Below are positions 14,601-41,375 of a stretch of 64,000 nt of DNA, in pieces. The DNA comes from Macrostomum lignano. Taxonomy: Eukaryota. The position numbers were made by a program, and so were the translations under genes. Each line of letters starts with the position of its first letter. Positions within the stretch are counted from its first letter, which is position 1. The notes below the pieces were generated by a model that ran no database searches, had not been told where the DNA came from, and saw only the letters and a program-made list of their open reading frames with translations. The stretch lies in contig NIVC01000200.1 in NCBI GenBank assembly GCA_002269645.1, positions 248,001 through 312,000 of the forward strand. The letters are read 5' to 3'.

Positions 14601-17600
14601 CTCCTGTCTCCCTTCTCATGTCCCCCTTCTCTCCTGTCTCCCTTCTCTCCTGTCTCCCTTCTCTCCCGTCTCCCTTCTCTCCCGTCTCTCTTCTCTCCTG
14701 TCTCCCTTCTCTCCTGTCTCCCTTCTCTCCTGTCTCCCTTCTCTCCTGTCTCCCTTCTCTCCTGTCTCCCTTCTCTCCTGTCTCCCTTCTCTCCTGTCTC
14801 CCTTCTCTCCTGTCTCCCTTCTCTCCCGTCTCCCTTCTCTCCTGTCTCCCTTCTCTCCCGTCTCCCTTCTCTCCCGTCTCCCTTCTCTCCTGTCTCCCTT
14901 CTCTCCTGTCTCCCTTCTCTCCTGTCTCCCTTCTCTCCTGTCTCCCTTCTCTCCTGTCTCCCTTCTCTCATGTCTCCCTTCTCTCCTGTCTCCCTTCTCT
15001 CCTGTCTCCCTTCTCTCCTGTCTCCCTTCTCTCCTGTCTCCCTTCTCTCCTGTCTCCCTTCTCTCCCGTCTCCCTTCTCTCCTGTCTCCCTTCTCCTGTC
15101 TCCCTTCTCCTGTCTCCCTTCTCTCCTGTCTCCCTTCTCTCCTGTCTCCCTTCTCTCCCGTCTCCCTTCTCTCCTGTCTCCCTTCTCTCCTGTCTCCCTT
15201 CTCATGCCCCCCTTCTCTCCTGTCTCCCTTCTCTCCTGTCTCCCTTCTCTTCTGTCTCCCTTCTCTCCTGTCTCCCTTCTCTCCCGTCTCCCTTCTCTCC
15301 CGTCTCCCTTCTCTCCTGTCTCCCTTCTCTCCTGTCTCCCTTCTCATGCCCCCCTTCTCTCCTGTCTCCCTTCTCTCCTGTCTCCCTTCTCTCCTGTCTC
15401 CCTTCTCTCCTGTCTCCCTTCTCATGTCTCCCTTCTCTCCTGTCTCCCTTCTTATGTCCCCCTTCTCTCCTGTCTCCCTTCTCTCCCGTCTCCCTTCTCT
15501 CCTGTCTCCCTTCTCTCCTGTCTCCCTTCTCATGCCCCCCTTCTCTCCTGTCTCCCTTCTCTCCTGTCTCCCTTCTCTTCTGTCTCCCTTCTCTCCTGTC
15601 TCCCTTCTCTCCCGTCTCCCTTCTCTCCCGTCTCCCTTCTCTCCTGTCTCCCTTCTCTCCTGTCTCCCTTCTCATGCCCCCCTTCTCTCCTGTCTCCCTT
15701 CTCTCCTGTCTCCCTTCTCTCCTGTCTCCCTTCTCATGTCTCCCTTCTCTCCTGTCTCCCTTCTTATGTCCCCCTTCTCTCCTGTCTCTCTTCTCTCCTG
15801 TCTCCCTTCTCTCCTGTCTCCCTTCTCTCCTGTCTCCCTTCTCTCCTGTCTCCCTTCTCTCCTGTCTCCCTTCTCTCCTGTCTCCCTTCTCTCCCGTCTC
15901 CCTTCTCTCCTGTCTCCCTTCTCTCCCGTCTCCCTTCTCTCCCGTCTCCCTTCTCTCCCGTCTCTCTTCTTTCCTGTCTTCCTTCTCATGTCTCCCTTCT
16001 CTCCTGTCTCCCTTCTCTCCCGTCTCCCTTCTCTCCCGTCTCCCTTCTCTCCCGTCTCCCTTCTCTCCACTGCTCCACTTCTTCGTCTGACGTCATTTTT
16101 ATTATCTATTAACAAATTATAGATCCAACATTCATTTTTAAAACTCTGTAGATTCCCACAGTTTTTTTTAATTGTTTTTCTTATTTTCATTCGTCTGTGT
16201 TGCCTAAATATTATCTTGTCTGATTTAATTACAATTTACTTTTTGATTAATATATTTAGGTCAGCTATAGAAGTTAATGCTTACTATGCCGCATGCAACA
16301 TTATTCTACTAAAATTCCAGCATTAGTAGTAGTAAAAGTAGTAGTGGTATGATTTTAGCGTATTCATAAACTTACTAACTAACTTTACATGTAATTATAA
16401 CATGGTATAGAAATTTTATTGTAGCTACTCAAAATACTAAAGTTAATCTTATATTGTAGTAGTACTACTAATAAGGTAGTACGCTGTTGAATGTATACTT
16501 AATAACTTCATATACCCTCCTATCTGCACGAAATAATGCACAAAAATATTTTCAAATTTAATTGGACATTATTAGGTAAAATCTAGCTTTTAGTCTAGTT
16601 TAGGGTGTTATCATTAGGCCACGCCAATAGTTTATTCATTTTTTGTTGTCATTATCGCATTTGCGGTACTGAAAGTGTGTATTTGCATATTTTTTCTTTA
16701 ATACTATAATCAACAGTGGTTGGAATTGGAGCTGGAGCATCTGGAATACACACGGTAAAAGTTGTTGACAAACGATGTTATTTTATATTCACGAAAGACT
16801 CTTAGTAAACTTGTAATTTCAAGTTTTAATCAGAGGACTGACCTTTCCTTCAGCCATTGGTCGGGACAACCACCCCGCCACATCCTTCATTATTATTGGT
16901 CGGGACACCCACCCGCCCTATCCTACATTCTTATTAGTCAGGAAACCCACCCCGCCCATCCTTCATTCTTATTGGTCGAGACACCAACCCGCCCATCCTT
17001 CATGCTTATCGATAAGGCCACCCACCCCGCCCATCCTTCATTCTTATTGGTCGAGACACCAACCCGCCCATCCTTCATGCTTATCGATAAGGCCACCCAC
17101 CCCGCCCATCCTTCATTCTTATTGGTCAGGACACCCACCCCGCCCATCCTTCATTCTTATTGGTCAGGACACCCACCCCGCTTATCCTTCATTCCCATTG
17201 GTCGGGACACCCACCCCGCCCCATCCTTCATTCTTATTGGTCATGACACCCACCCCGCTCATCCTTCATTGTTATTAGTCAGAAAACCCACCCTGCCCCA
17301 TATTTCATTCCTATTGGTCGAGACACCGACCCGTCCATCCTTGATTCTTATTGGTCGGGCATCCACCACATAATAAGGTAGTTGAATGAAAACACAAGAA
17401 TAATTTTTTACGGTTTCTTTTGTATTTGACTTTGGGTATCAAGGTGTCAGATTAGTTAAAGCAGTTGGAGTGCTTTAAACGATTTTTTAATTGTCCATTA
17501 AAGGCTTTGTCTACAATGTAATCAATTAATCACAAACGATTTGCACTTTCACATACTTACTTTGTCTATACTGGCTTGCTGCTAAAATGCTTATCTAATC

Positions 17601-18542
17601 TGATTAATTAATTAATCCCGCTTATCTTTTCTTATTTTCTACTTTTTGATCACAGTACAATGAGTCATTTTGCACGAATTAAATCTAAAATCAATTCTAA
17701 ATTTGTAGTAGAAATTTAACTATCATTAGTTCGGTGCAGTGCCTATAGATATAGTGAACTTTTCAGCTAACTATCTGCTGCTTAATGATGTTTTTGTATC
17801 ACTAGAAGCATTTTTTCAACTTTTGTACGTAGTTGATGACTGTTAAAGATTTGTGATGGCCAAAATCAGTGCTTACTTCACGCATAGCCAGTCCTCATCC
17901 ACCACCCCAACCAACGTACACATCTCGCCTTGCCAGTCCTCATCCACCACCCCAACCAACGTACACATCTCGCCTTGCCAGTCCTCATCCACCACCCCAA
18001 CCAACGTACACATCTCGCCTTGCCAGTCCTCATCCACCACCCCAACCAACGTACACATCTCGCCTTGCCAGTCCTCATCCACCACCCCAACCAACGTACA
18101 CATCTCGCCTTGCCAGTCCTCACCCACCACCTCAAACCAAGGTACACATCTCGCCTTGCCAGTCCTCACCCACCACCTCAAACCAACGTACACATCTCGC
18201 CTTGCCAGTCCTCACCCACCACCTCAAACCAACGTACACATCTCGCCTTGCCAGTCCTCATCCACCACCTCAAACCAACGTACACATCTCGCCTTGCCAG
18301 ACCTCACCCACCACCCCAAACCAGTGCTACACTTCCGCATACCCAGCCCTCACCCACCGCTAATCTATATAGTAAAGAACTATGTTTTTCGAGTTCGATT
18401 TGTACTTTTGTCGTCTTTTAAAAAGTATAAAAGCATTATTTATAACATTAAAGTCCAATTTTCTACCATTTTTTTTATTTCAGACCTACCTCTAACTCGG
18501 ACAACTGCTGACGCTACTAAAGTAGATCATTCCGAAGACTGA
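3613..18542 (+). CDS. PIP5K1: Type I phosphatidylinositol-4-phosphate 5-kinase, 3' portion (5' exons probably upstream of the window)
   Basis: Phase-consistent GT-AG exons: 3613-3773 ([32 protein letters not shown]), 4325-4481 ([23 protein letters not shown]), 8347-8666 (variable insert), 9229-9361 ([34 protein letters not shown]), 9793-9880 ([15 protein letters not shown]), 12538-12681, 13846-13989, probable terminal exon 18484-18542. The DLKGS, MDYSL and IIDILQ motifs are PIP5K hallmarks. The last three exons rest on splice sites and phase only. Confidence 0.93.
3865..4295. repeat. Intronic minisatellite, 17-bp unit
   Basis: catccatttgagca(g/c)tc in tandem between PIP5K exons. Confidence 0.95.
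4850..5565. repeat. Expanded subterminal tandem repeat of the TIR element
   Basis: ctcgctcattctctcgctactgtta units; source of spurious ORF 4785-5591. Confidence 0.9.
6020..7333 (-). mobile_element. Mariner (DD34D) transposon, defective, nested in the TIR element
   Basis: 5' TIR CGAGGGGCATTCAAAAAGTTTTGGCAACTG ends at 7333 followed by TA. The other TIR is present only as AAAAAGTTTTGGCAACTG at 6020-6037. A transposase lies between them. Confidence 0.92.
6082..7148 (-). pseudogene. Mariner transposase with one frameshift
   Basis: HTH region, WVPH motif, [14 protein letters not shown]. After a 1-nt frameshift near 6315 it continues [27 protein letters not shown]-to-D spacing is 34 once corrected. 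Confidence 0.9.
7975..8280. repeat. ~22-bp degenerate minisatellite (target of the TIR insertion)
   Basis: gggatttcccaataagctaccct units; related units lie at 4540-4629 on the other side of the element. Confidence 0.85.
8680..9135. repeat. Intronic minisatellite, ~18-bp unit
   Basis: gggatttttcatt(g/a)tgat in tandem, starting just after the 8666 donor. Confidence 0.9.
9395..9670. repeat. Degenerate ~26-bp minisatellite
   Basis: ttattggcggcatagatcaaa.. units in a PIP5K intron. Confidence 0.8.
10244..10845. repeat. Minisatellite, 28-bp unit
   Basis: gcctcccagatcctcagttgctgggcca in tandem. Confidence 0.95.
12700..13645. repeat. Minisatellite, 14-16-bp unit
   Basis: ctctgtgtctgact variants filling the intron between exons 12538-12681 and 13846-13989. 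Confidence 0.95.
14120..16065. repeat. Pyrimidine-rich minisatellite, 16-bp unit (~2 kb)
   Basis: ctcctgtctcccttct in tandem; source of the 300-710 aa spurious ORFs. Confidence 0.97.
16850..17370. repeat. Minisatellite, ~38-bp unit
   Basis: ccaccccgcccatccttcattcttattggtc.. units. Confidence 0.9.
17887..18350. repeat. Minisatellite, 45-bp unit
   Basis: gccagtcctcatccaccaccccaaccaacgtacacatctcgcctt in tandem. Confidence 0.95.
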
Positions 18543-19699
18543 AAACATTTCAGCTATACTACTGCTACTGTTTTAGCTTCTAGTAGTCAGCCAGACGAAT
18601 ACAACTTATAGCAATTAAAGTAAAACTTAAAGTAAACGGCAGTGCTAATAAAATAACTGTCATATAGTTATTTATTTTTAACTGCGATACTTCATCTGGT
18701 CCAGATTGTGTTTTTTATATATAACTTGTATAAGCCTACCTATACAAGTTATGTGACTGTTGCACACCTCTAATGCATAATACGCATCCAATACTACTCT
18801 TGGCATATATATAGTTAAACACACACACACTGTTTTTGTTTGTTCTTTCTCGTTTATCATTTGTGTTTATCCAAGCACGTCTGTTTCCTTTTCCAATCGC
18901 TTTGGGAGTCTTGCAAGCTTTTTGTGTGTTTTGGTGTCTTACTGTCTGCACTCTGTTGTGTTGTTAATCTTTTATAAATTATTTTCAACCCTGATTATTT
19001 GTCATTTGTTTGGTGTCAGTCTGTGATAACTCTCTATCATTTATGTTTGTTTAATTATTACTAATTTATTACAACATGGCATATCAGTTAGCTTAGCAAC
19101 TTGTAAAGACTTTTATAAATATTATTTCCCAGTTTTAAATTTGCAACTTTATTGCTTACAAAATCGGATCACTGTTAGATTATAGAAGCTTAGTTTTAAT
19201 AAAAAAAAAACGTTTGTTAGTAGCTTAGTGAAACTTTTAATTTTCGTTATTACTCTACTGTAAGTAGTTGGTCCTCGGTAAAATTTGCAACAATAACTGC
19301 TGATCGTTGGATGTTTAGGTTTTTTATTATTTTATCTTTTAGTAGTATAATCTAGTAAAATCAGTGTTTGGTTTTATGTTGTAGCTGTCCTGCGCTTAAA
19401 TAAATTATTGAAGTATATCTATTCCAAGAAATCAAGGCGTACTATGTATTTCTTAGGGCATGTAAATTCATTTTTATACGAAACTGTTTACTTGATACAG
19501 GTTATTACATATAGAAATAATTATTAATGTAGCCATATCCGCCTATTACAAAATGTTATATGAAATTTCGCATCAAAATTATTAATAGACAATTTGCAAT
19601 CAGTTTCAGCAAGTTGCAATTTTATTCTTTCACCGAAATCCATGCAAAAGAAATGTTGCTTCTGTTTCGGTCATTTCTTGTCAGTTTGAGTCATAAAAC

Positions 19700-20565
19700 G
19701 TCATGAGTTCTGGTCATAAAACAAAATGAACTTCGGTCATAAACCAACATGAACTTTGATTACAAACCAACATGAACTTCGGTCATAAACCAACATGAAC
19801 TTCGGTCATAAACCAACATGAACTTCGGTCATAAACCAACATGAACTTCGGTCATAAACCAACATAAACTTCGGTCATAAAACAGCATTAATTTCGGTCA
19901 TAAGAAAGCATGAATTCTGGTCATAAACCAACATGAACATCGGTCATAAAACAGCATGAACTTCGGTCATAAACCAACATAAACTTCGGTCATAAAACAG
20001 CATGGATTTCGGTCATAAGAAAGCATGAATTTCGGTCACAATACAGCATGAATTCTGGTCATAAACCAACATGAACATCGGTCATAAAACAGCACGAACT
20101 TCGGTCATAAACCAACATGAATTCCGATCATAAACCAACATAAATTCCGGTCATAAACCAACATGAATTTTGATCATAAACCAACATGAATTCCGATCAT
20201 AAACCAACATAAATTCCGGTCATAAACCAACATGAACTTCGGTCATAAACCAACATGAACTTCGGTCATAAACCAACATGAACTCCGGTCATAAACCAAC
20301 ATGAATTTTGATCATAAACCAACATGAATTCCGATCATAAACCAACATAAATTCCGGTCATAAACCAACATTAATTCTGGTCATAAACCAACATGAATTT
20401 TGATCATAAACCAACATGAATTCCGGTCATAAACCAACATAAATTCCGGTCATAAACCAACATGAATTTTGATCATAAACCAACATGAATTCCGATCATA
20501 AACCAACATGAATTTTGATTATAAAGGACATGAATACCGATCATATACCAACATGAATTTCGGTC
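19700..20565. repeat. Minisatellite, 23-24-bp unit
   Basis: ggtcataaaccaacatgaacttc variants, intergenic. Confidence 0.93.
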
Positions 20566-21284
20566 ATATTGTAAAAGAGCAAGAAATCACGGTAGTTCAT
20601 GATTGAGAAATATGAGCTTTTGTCATAAGGCAGCTTAAATTTTGGTCATAAATAAGCTATTATCTAGGTAATATGAAATATTTAGTTAATGTTTTTATAT
20701 TGAAGTGAGGGTGATAATCGCTGACAAAGTTAAAAATTACAATGTTAAGCTTATTTGACATGATAACATGTGCAAAGTATCAAACGTGTCTTCTCTAAGT
20801 TAAAGCCTGTGCCATCCGGAAGTGCTTTTTACAATAGATACAAATGTACAGATAAATGCTCGTTATGCTTGTATAGTTAGGTAATTAACGGGACTATAGA
20901 AAGCCCAAACGAAGTTGCATGTTGGCCGTGTAGTAGGACATCCTTGACTTGTCTCTATCTATCTGTGTCTGCCTGTCCTGTCCTGTCTGTCTTCTTGCGG
21001 ATTCGATTAATTCATGAGGCACTCTGCGAGGTCTTCTTCGCTTTATTTGATCTGCAGTAATTGCATCAGCTCAATTGCCAGATAAAATTATCAAGTCGTG
21101 CGATCGGTTACGCTGTTGCTGCGTGTAAGTTGATTTTCGGTCTTGAAGGCTGTTAACTCTCTTGAAAGTTGGACTCTCCTGTGTCCACTCAAGCATGGCA
21201 CTGCGCTGAGCACAAACAAAAAGTGCATCGGATACTTTGCGCGTGTTGCTTTAAGTTTTATCGTTTTTGGTATTGGTCTTGTGG

Positions 21285-21565
21285 TCTCTTGGTGGGCGCC
21301 CCTGTCTCTTGGTTGGCGCCCCTGTCTCTTGGTTGGCGCCCCTGTCTCTTGGTTGGCGCCCCTGTCTCTTGGTTGGCGCCCCTGTCTCTTGGTGGGCGCC
21401 CCTGTCTCTTGGTGGGCGCCCCTGTCTCTTGGTTGGCGCCCCTGTCTCTTGGTGGGCGCCCCTGTCTCTTGGTGGGCGCCCCTGTCTCTTGGTTGCCCCC
21501 TGTCTCTTGCTGCCCCCCCTGTCTCTTGGTTAGCGCCAATGTCTCTTGGTGGGCGCCCCTTGTCT
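21285..21565. repeat. Minisatellite, 20-bp unit
   Basis: cctgtctcttggt(t/g)ggcgcc in tandem. Confidence 0.95.
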
Positions 21566-21699
21566 CTTGATTATATACATCGAGCTTAGAGAAGACAATT
21601 TTAGAGTTAGACAGACAGCCCTGTCATGAGTAAAACACTCCAGCCTAGAACTAAGAGTTCGGACTTTAAAACACTTCAGAGTGGAAGAAGAAACTTCAA

Positions 21700-22145
21700 T
21701 AGGAGAAGACACTCCAATTTCAAAAAGAAGACACCCCAATTCAAGACACAGCAAATTCCGAGAAGACCCCCGATTAGTAAAGAAGACACAACAATCGGTG
21801 TAGAAGACACCCCAATTTGTGAAGAAGAAACACCAATTGGTGAAGAAGACACCCCAATTGGTGAAGAAGACACCCCAATTGGTGAAGAAGACACCCCAAT
21901 TGGTGAAGAAGACACCTCAATTGGTGAAGAAGACACCCCAATTGGTGAAGAAGACACCCCAATTGGTGAAGAAGACACCCCAATTGGTGAAGAAGACACC
22001 CCAATTGGTGAAGAAGACACCCCAATTGGTGAAGAAGACACCCCAATTGGTGAAGAAGACACCCCAATTGGTGAAGAAGACACCCCAATTGGTGAAGAAG
22101 ACACCCCAATTGGTGAAGAAGACACCCAATTCAAGAAGACACCCC
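21700..22145. repeat. Minisatellite, 21-bp unit
   Basis: gaagaagacaccccaattggt in tandem. Confidence 0.95.
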
Positions 22146-22410
22146 AAGTTGACTTCTCCAGCTCAACCAGATCCAGAGATTAAAGTGCATACCGGATCAG
22201 TAAGCTGTCACTATAGATGGCAACATGCAGACGTACAGGCATTAGGCAAAAGTTCTCCAGCTCAGTAGAATATTATTGGTTGAGAGTCGCCACCCCAATT
22301 GACTCAAAGACTTACTGTATAAATTATGTACTGAGTTCGCCTAATGAATGGCGTCATTGCAATGTAAAGTTGAAAATCGCTATAGCAATTCAGTACAATT
22401 GTGTTTCCTT

Positions 22411-37489
<15,079 letters not shown>

Positions 37490-38142
37490 AGCGTCAGTCA
37501 GGATGTGCAGATTCCGACATCTGCATCACGGAGTACCTCGCAGCAGCCTGACTGATTTTGGGGCTTTGATGAGTTCGTCTAATAGTTTGGCCAGCATACT
37601 CTATTCACACTACTGATCATCGCTTATCTAATAGTAGCATCATGCGCCTTTGTAAGCAGCGATTTTTAATTCATACTCAGTTAACAACATCAAATATACA
37701 AGTATAAAAACTACATAATATACCACGAGAAGTCTTTGTAAAACAACTGTTTCTGACTGGTAAACCTACAGTCTGCCTTTAGTTTCCAAGGTCCAGTAAG
37801 GTTTAAAAAGTTTAAATAATTGTCAACGTATCAATAGTAATCAATGAATGCTGAAAGATAAGAATTTTTTAGATTTTAGGCTACGCATTTGATTCTTCTT
37901 ATCTTGGTTTCTACATCGTAGGAAAAAACCATTGCCACTGGGGCCTTGGGTAGCGGCTGCAGATAAGGCACGCGCCCAATGCTTCTGTGTTGGTTGCCAT
38001 GGCAACAGTAAAACAAAATTTGTGTTGCAAATACCAGCCTATATAATAGCTGCTAAGAGCTGCCTGTCTGAGCACTGAAATAGTGTATAGCAAAACTGAC
38101 TGCATTTGACTGGTGAGTCAGCTCCTCAGAGAAAATCCAACA

Positions 38143-39795
38143 ATGAGCCGCAAAAGCTCCAGCGACAGCTCGAGTTCGGACGCGCCTCCCGCTACCCCAA
38201 TTTCTCTCTGCCTCATCTGCGACCAAGCTGCAGTCGGTGTGGCTCCGTTCTCCCGCTGCCACATGTGCAGTCAACACCTCAGTGTCGATGTGGCCAATCT
38301 ATTCAAGCTCAAGGAGGAGGTCGATGAGATGCTGCGTGCCTACTCACAAGAGTCACAAGACTCACAAGAGTCTCAAGGCGCAGCAGGTGCAGCTGGCCGT
38401 GCAGCGGTGCTGCGACACCGACAAGACGCGGAGTCGCTGCGTCGTCTCGCTCTCGACATCCAACAGCAGCTGCAAGAGGTCAATCACAAATTCGATTTGG
38501 TACAGCAACACATCGACTCGTTTCGTAGCAGGGTGACGGGCCAGCTCTCAGGTGTGCTTGAGGCAGTGCGTGTGTGCGAGCGGGACCTCGAGGACGTCTC
38601 CAGCTACAAGCAGGAGGTGGCCACGGCGGAGGCTGCAGGCGACATGGCGGAGCTGCTTCGCCTGGTCCAGTCCATGCACGAATCGCTTGGAGACTTGGAG
38701 GCCGACTTTGAGAGGTCAGAGCGCCTGCTCAGAGACCAGAGCGACAATGAGGAGCTGCAGCTGCGGCTTCTGGGCCAGCTCGAGCGGCTGGTCGGCATTT
38801 GTGCGGGACGCAGCGAAGATCAGGGTGACTGGTTGAGAGACGCTTCGGTGACCGCGACATCCGAGGAGATTGATGCTGCTAAGAAAAAGAGAATGTTGGA
38901 GCCGATGGTCTTCAGTCACGCGGTGAAGCTGGATGGCAATGTTGAGTGGCTGGTTGTGTGCAGCGACACCAGCGGATTCGTTGGTGACCGCTCAGGCCTT
39001 GTGGTTACAGCCGACTCAGCGGGAGACGACAGCAAGGCTCTGCCTCAGCCCTGCATTATTGCCTCGTTATATTCGAATAGAGACTGCCTACTGGTGCTGT
39101 CTGTGGACGGCTCACAAAAGCTGCGGTGCCACTGCGACATCGACTGGAATGAAAGCATCTGTGGCCTTCACTGCGACCGTCAGCTACTGTTCATTGCTCA
39201 GCCTGACGCAGTGACAGTGACGGACCTGAGCGGTCGCAAGGTGCGTCGAGTCCGCCCTCACATCAAGGGCTTCGGTGACATCTGGGGAATCGGCGGCAAC
39301 ACAGCCTCCGTGTTTGTGTCCAGTGGAAACAAAATTGCTGCATTCAGCAAAGCGACTTGGCAGATGGAGACGGTCATCACGCTGTCTCAGCTTCCTCATG
39401 CTAATCTGGGCAACCTGGCGACTCACGACAACTGCATTCTGGTGACAGACAGGGTGCAAAATAAGGTGCACAGAGTGCGCATCGACACCCAGCAGCTGGT
39501 CGCCTCCTTTCCGACTCAGCGTTCAGGCCTCCAAAAGTTTGCTTATCCAATTGATGTGGCCGTCGACAGCAGAGGCCGCCTGTTCGTGAGTGAATGGTTG
39601 GGTCACTCAGTGCGAGCGGTGGCTGCAGACGACGGGTCGCTGCTGTGGACTCTGGGGACTCCGGGCGAGAGAGGCAGCGGAGACGGCAGATTCGTCTGTC
39701 CACGAGGTCTGGCGGTGGTGACGGGAGGTCCGCACGAGCAGCTGGTGGTGGCTTACAGAGGCAACAGGAGACTGCAGGTGTTCAGTGCATCCTAA
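38143..39795 (+). CDS. Zn-finger/coiled-coil/NHL-repeat protein (RING-less TRIM-NHL-like), copy 1, intact, 550 aa
   Basis: Single-exon ORF; CxxC-x12-CxxCxxH N-terminus, heptad-rich coiled coil, NHL blades (FAYPIDVAVDSRGRLFVSE, GSGDGRFVCPRGLAV, VAYRGNRRLQVF). The in-frame ATG at 38143 matches the paralogues. Confidence 0.9.
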   Translation: MSRKSSSDSSSSDAPPATPISLCLICDQAAVGVAPFSRCHMCSQHLSVDVANLFKLKEEVDEMLRAYSQESQDSQESQGAAGAAGRAAVLRHRQDAESLRRLALDIQQQLQEVNHKFDLVQQHIDSFRSRVTGQLSGVLEAVRVCERDLEDVSSYKQEVATAEAAGDMAELLRLVQSMHESLGDLEADFERSERLLRDQSDNEELQLRLLGQLERLVGICAGRSEDQGDWLRDASVTATSEEIDAAKKKRMLEPMVFSHAVKLDGNVEWLVVCSDTSGFVGDRSGLVVTADSAGDDSKALPQPCIIASLYSNRDCLLVLSVDGSQKLRCHCDIDWNESICGLHCDRQLLFIAQPDAVTVTDLSGRKVRRVRPHIKGFGDIWGIGGNTASVFVSSGNKIAAFSKATWQMETVITLSQLPHANLGNLATHDNCILVTDRVQNKVHRVRIDTQQLVASFPTQRSGLQKFAYPIDVAVDSRGRLFVSEWLGHSVRAVAADDGSLLWTLGTPGERGSGDGRFVCPRGLAVVTGGPHEQLVVAYRGNRRLQVFSAS

Positions 39796-41072
39796 AATTA
39801 TTCACAGGCCAAATAAATAATCGATTTTTGGGGTTTCTGGAGTGATTGATTTATTGGAGACTGGGTATTTTTGATTGTGTTTTTTGAAACAAATTTAAAC
39901 TTGGATAACTTTTTTGTCGAATAAGTGTTTATTATGTCCATTATATTCAGAATAAATATTTATTGAATAGAAGCACATTTACCATTACGTATGTACTAAT
40001 AAAAATAAACGTTGGCCCTCAACACTTCTCTCATGGTCTTTATTTTTCTTGAAGTTTCAGCAGCAGAAATTCGTACCTGATTGTTGAATTGAATTTCAGC
40101 AAAAATGGCATGCAGCTTGCTTAAATTCTCCTCACTCGCTGCAGACTCAGCGCTCGCTTCTGTTTTGCATTTTCCTCAATGGTTTCCTGCTTTGCCTTTT
40201 ATAGCATGGCATAGGTAGCTTTAGCCATGGTAATAAATATTTGACTAGCTTTCAACCTGAGACTGCAGCAGTAGGCGTTCTACCCGTCTGGCTCCTGCTA
40301 CGAGACCGGCTTTCCAGCTTCTGTTTTGTGGTGAGGGTGTGAGGCTTTTGTATTTTTCACGCAACCACCCTGGGCGGCTTGTCTCGTACGATAAATAGAC
40401 GAACGCGAATACAACTTTTACTGTGCTGTTTATTCTGTAGGCTCTTGGGCTGAGCTCTTCTATATAGAATACTGCAGTGCTGGCTTCTTTCTTGACTTTG
40501 TCTTATGAGGGAATGTCACATGGTTTAACAGTGAATAGGTTTTACATGAAAAAGTTCCACAGTGAATGGGGATCTGAGCAGTTAATATAATGATGGAGAT
40601 GGACACCTAAGCAAGATGTCGGTTTTGACCCTCGCACGGAGGTCAAGGGTGAGTCGAACACGGGCCAGTTGTGAGAAATGGATTAAAATCAGCTACGGCA
40701 TGACACGCGAACAACGGGCGGCCTTGACCTGTCCTTGACCGGCGTCGCCAAACCAGCAAATGACGTCACCTGCTTAGCAGCGCTGTGATTGGCTAGAAAA
40801 ATGTGGAGGGGTTGGGAAACAAGTCACGTGATTATTGATGGGAATAGGTTACGGAGATCGGGGTAAACAATGCTGATCTAAAGGTCAGGGTGGGGTGGGT
40901 GTACGTGATGAGTGATTGATGATTCATCGGGAAAAGGGGCTTGGGATCCCTGAGTTGGGACCATGCAGGGTCGCGTCTACAATTTGGGGCTCTTTAACAT
41001 TGAAAATGAATGAGTGGCTGCCAAAACCGCTGCTGCATCAGAAGCTGAGGGACTTTAACTGACTTCATGCGG

Positions 41073-41375
41073 TATAGCGACTGTGGCATGATTGCCAATC
41101 ACACATGCTGCATAGCGACTGTGGCATGATTGCCAATCACACATGCTGCATAGCGACTGTGGCATGATTGCCAATCACACATGCTGCATAGCGACTGTGG
41201 CATGATTGCCAATCACACATGCTGCATAGCGACTGTGGCATGATTGCCAATCACACATGCTGCATAGCGACTGCGGCATGATTGCCAATCAGACATGCTG
41301 CATAGCGACTGCGGCGTGATTGCCAATCACACATGCTGCATAGCGACTGCGGCGTGATTGCCAATAAGACATGAC
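41073..41375. repeat. Minisatellite, 38-bp unit
   Basis: gcatagcgactgtggcatgattgccaatcacacatgct, about 7-8 copies. Confidence 0.95.

Noticed and set aside
13990-16122. 710-aa, 670-aa and 542-aa ORFs (and similar long ORFs at 4785, 12652, 23544-24891, 26363, 28803, 30802, 32971, 53262)
   Set aside because: They are translations of tandem repeats that lack stops in some frames, are often open on both strands and lie in introns.
21626-22183. 185-aa acidic ORF (EEDTPIG)n upstream of the Hv gene
   Set aside because: It is the translation of a 21-bp minisatellite that is open in several frames, with no splice link to the Hv exons.
38900-39795. Diversity-generating retroelement (DGR)-like mutagenesis as the cause of NHL variability
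   Set aside because: Changes are not restricted to adenines, are spread over ~900 bp, and there is no template repeat or intact reverse transcriptase in the window.
40340-40560. Possible solo LTR (minus-strand TATA followed by AATAAA, ACA end) present after copy 1 but not copy 4
   Set aside because: No matching terminal repeats or target-site duplication could be identified.
41073-41375. Regular 38-bp repeat with an internal palindrome, considered as a CRISPR array or NF-I site array
   Set aside because: The units are contiguous with no unique spacers, the context is eukaryotic, and the TGGC..GCCAA spacing is 6 rather than the NF-I 5.
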